DNA from: Polyangiaceae bacterium
GTDB taxonomy: Bacteria; Myxococcota_A; Polyangia; Polyangiales; Polyangiaceae
Assembly: GCA_044222475.1 (NCBI GenBank)
Contig: JBGANF010000146.1
Span: forward strand, 1 to 18,671
Length of the DNA: 18,671 nucleotides
Reading direction: 5' to 3'
This document shows, in pieces, positions 16,931 to 18,671 of this stretch. The translations under genes and the position numbers were made by a program. Position 1 is the stretch's first letter, and every line of letters begins with the position of its first letter. Below the pieces are notes generated by a model that searched no databases, was not told the origin of the DNA, and worked only from the letters and a program-made list of their open reading frames with translations.

Positions 16931-17417
16931 GCGAGCCTCCCAGAGTGCCGAACGTATCGGCGTCGCGGTTCCAGCTTCGCTGGCGCGCTCTGCTCTTTTT
17001 CGGGTTCGTTTGCCCTTCTGGACCCAGTCGTCTCGGCGATGTCTGCTTCGTCACGGGCGAGCGCCCACTTGTCGAGCTGGGCGCGCCTCGGCCTTCACCG
17101 CCGCCGTCAAGTCGCGGCCGATGCCGATCTTGTCTTCGTAGAGGGGCTCTCCCGGGAGCTCGTCATGAACGGGGGAGTGGCACCCGGTACACACGTACAC
17201 GTGCCGCGCGAGGTACTCGCCGCGCTTGATCGTGTCGGGGTCCGTCTTTGCGGTGAGCGTCTTCGCTGGCGCGCTCTTCGGGTTCAGGACGTAGAACTCC
17301 ACCACCACTGCTGCCACCGCGAGGAGCAAGAACACCGCGAGCACCTGCCCCGCCCGTTTCAGAATCCGCATGCGAGCCTCCCAGGATGCCGAAGGTATCG
17401 GCGTCGCGGTTCCAGCT
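16730..17417. repeat. Direct duplication of the cytochrome c 5' region (16730-16976 and 17109-17417)
   Basis: A 136-bp identical block (16730-16865 = 17109-17244), then near-identical sequence with three deletions in the first copy. Confidence 0.92.
17051..17371 (-). pseudogene. Truncated 5' copy of the cytochrome c gene (intact RBS, TM/signal and first CxxCH)
   Basis: MRILKRAGQVLAVFLLLAVAAVVVEFYVLNPK...CTGCH...IGIGRD, then diverges at 17108; GGGAGG RBS upstream. Confidence 0.75.
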
Positions 17418-17421
17418 CAAC

Positions 17422-17530
17422 TCAGAAGAGTCCGAGTGCGGTCGCGTCCTTCGGGTCGACGCCGTGCTTCGCGAGCAGCGCTCGCATCTCGGCGCTGAGC
17501 TTGTCGAGCGTGATCACTCGATCGTCCCAT
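17422..17530 (-). pseudogene. Orphan C-terminal gene fragment or very small protein
   Basis: WDDRVITLDKLSAEMRALLAKHGVDPKDATALGLF-stop has strongly GC3-biased codons and is cut off upstream by the inverted-repeat element. Confidence 0.35.
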
Positions 17531-17540
17531 GACGCTCCGG

Positions 17541-17636
17541 AGAGGAGAGAACAGGAAGGGCGGAAGGACGGAAGGATTTTTGGGGGGAGCGTGCCTGCTT
17601 GCGCCTGGCCACGCCGCCCTTCCTGTTCTCTCCTCT
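17541..17636. repeat. 23-bp perfect inverted repeat (MITE/REP-like hairpin, possible terminator)
   Basis: AGAGGAGAGAACAGGAAGGGCGG (17541-17563) and CCGCCCTTCCTGTTCTCTCCTCT (17614-17636) flank a 50-nt loop with GGAAGG reiterations. Confidence 0.85.
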
Positions 17637-17662
17637 GGGAGGGCACCGCAAGAACGGCGCGG

Positions 17663-18292
17663 TCACTCGCCCGGGCTGAAGATCACCGGATACACCACCG
17701 TGACGATGCCGCCGCCTTCGGGCGCCGGAAACGAGAGCCCAGAGAAGCCGCGCACGACGCACGACACGACGGTCTTGTCGGGGAGGGTCGTGGAGGGATC
17801 CTCGGACGCGGTGGAGACACTGCCGTCCGAGGCGATGACGAACTTCACCGCGACCTTCCCCTGGAGCGAGGGGTCCGTCTTCAGGCCGTTCTCGTAGCAG
17901 AGCCGAAAGCGGCCGTAGTTCTGCCGCACGATGCGCTGGATCACCTCCGGCGGGAGCCTCCCGTTGACGGTGGTGGCGCCCATTCGTACGGCGGGCGGCT
18001 TCGGCGACGTGGTTGCCTTCGGCGCGCTCGTGGCGGTCGCGGTCGCCGCTGCGGTGGCCGTCGACACCACCGGCACGGTGAGCGTCGGCGTCGGAGTCAC
18101 GCACCCGATCGGAGCCACCGCGACGGTCGGCGGAGCCGTCGCGATGGGTACGGCGGTCGCGGTCGCGACGACCTGCGTCGCCGCGCGTTGGCGAACGATG
18201 ACGAACCCAGCCAGCCCGACGGCCACCAAAAAAATGCCGCCGATGCCGGCGGCAAGGAACAAGTAGACGTCGCTCGATCGATTCGGGCTCAC
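17663..18292 (-). CDS. Membrane-anchored AgmX/PglI-type (TonB-C-like) C-terminal domain protein
   Basis: N-terminal TM, Ala/Thr/Pro linker, then GRLPPEVIQRIVRQNYGRFRLCYENGL...GKVAVKFVI...C...SFPAPEGG.VTVVYP, typical of myxobacteria. Confidence 0.85.
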   Translation of the reverse strand: MSPNRSSDVYLFLAAGIGGIFLVAVGLAGFVIVRQRAATQVVATATAVPIATAPPTVAVAPIGCVTPTPTLTVPVVSTATAAATATATSAPKATTSPKPPAVRMGATTVNGRLPPEVIQRIVRQNYGRFRLCYENGLKTDPSLQGKVAVKFVIASDGSVSTASEDPSTTLPDKTVVSCVVRGFSGLSFPAPEGGGIVTVVYPVIFSPGE

Positions 18293-18341
18293 TCGGCGAG
18301 CCTACTCCAGGGCCGCCGGGAACGGTGGTAGACTCGGAGCC

Positions 18342-18671
18342 GTGCCGTCGACCTGGGGATTTGGAGTGGCCCGAGCTGCTGGGATCTTCGGGCCCGATCT
18401 GATCCTCGCGGAGCTCTGCCTTCGCGCGTCGAAAGCGTCGGGTGACCACGTCACGCCCCACGTGGCCTCGAGCTACCGCGAGCTCGCCGACGGACTCGCC
18501 CGAGGCTCGCTCGGTCTCGCGTGGCTATCGCCGATCCTCGCGGTCGACGTCGAAGACCAAGGGCACGGCGCGGTGCTCGCGCTACCGGTGCGCAACGGCA
18601 CCGCGAGCTACCACACCGCGTTCATCACTCGAAAAGGGGGCCCGCGAACTCTCGCTGATTGCGTCGGCCGC
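18342..18671 (+). CDS. PhnD/SsuA/transferrin-family substrate-binding protein (partial, runs off the window)
   Basis: Hand translation from GTG 18342: ...ASSYRELADGLARGSLGLAWLSPIL...LALPVRNGTASYHTAFITRKGGPRTLADCVGR; GGAG just upstream. Confidence 0.75.
   Translation, partial: MPSTWGFGVARAAGIFGPDLILAELCLRASKASGDHVTPHVASSYRELADGLARGSLGLAWLSPILAVDVEDQGHGAVLALPVRNGTASYHTAFITRKGGPRTLADCVGR

Noticed and set aside
16730..17417. Diversity-generating retroelement TR/VR pair
   Set aside because: The differences are deletions and a few non-adenine-specific substitutions, the repeat is at the gene's 5' end, and there is no reverse transcriptase in the window.
16847..18331. 494-aa + strand ORF and the overlapping 15013..16422 ORF
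   Set aside because: Arg-rich alternative-frame shadows of better-supported genes and repeats.

Overview
A GC-rich window, probably from a myxobacterium (Myxococcota, Polyangiaceae-like), judging by a MYXO-CTERM-type secreted protein, an AgmX/PglI-type C-terminal domain protein and Cys-rich lipoproteins. The core (6529-15002, + strand) is a tightly coupled operon for a Tat-exported type II DMSO-reductase-family molybdoenzyme of the periplasmic nitrite oxidoreductase (NXR)/NAR lineage. It encodes alpha (1151 aa, Cx3Dx3Cx39C FS0 motif), beta (4 Fe-S clusters), a lipoprotein-like heme b gamma subunit, a TorD/DmsD-type chaperone, moaA and a MOSC protein. An unusual V4R-like plus NifU-C-like gene, frameshifted by a 26-bp tandem duplication, leads the operon. 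The near-palindrome GATGACATCCRTCAT lies just upstream of both this operon and a downstream outer-membrane beta-barrel gene, suggesting one Crp/Fnr-type regulon. A convergent diheme cytochrome c gene has a scrambled 5' duplication. The left flank holds accessory lipoproteins, an IS91/ISCR remnant with an apparent oriIS, an HD-domain remnant and REP-like palindromes. The reaction direction (nitrite oxidation versus nitrate reduction) cannot be read from sequence alone. Family assignments come from motif recognition, not database searches.
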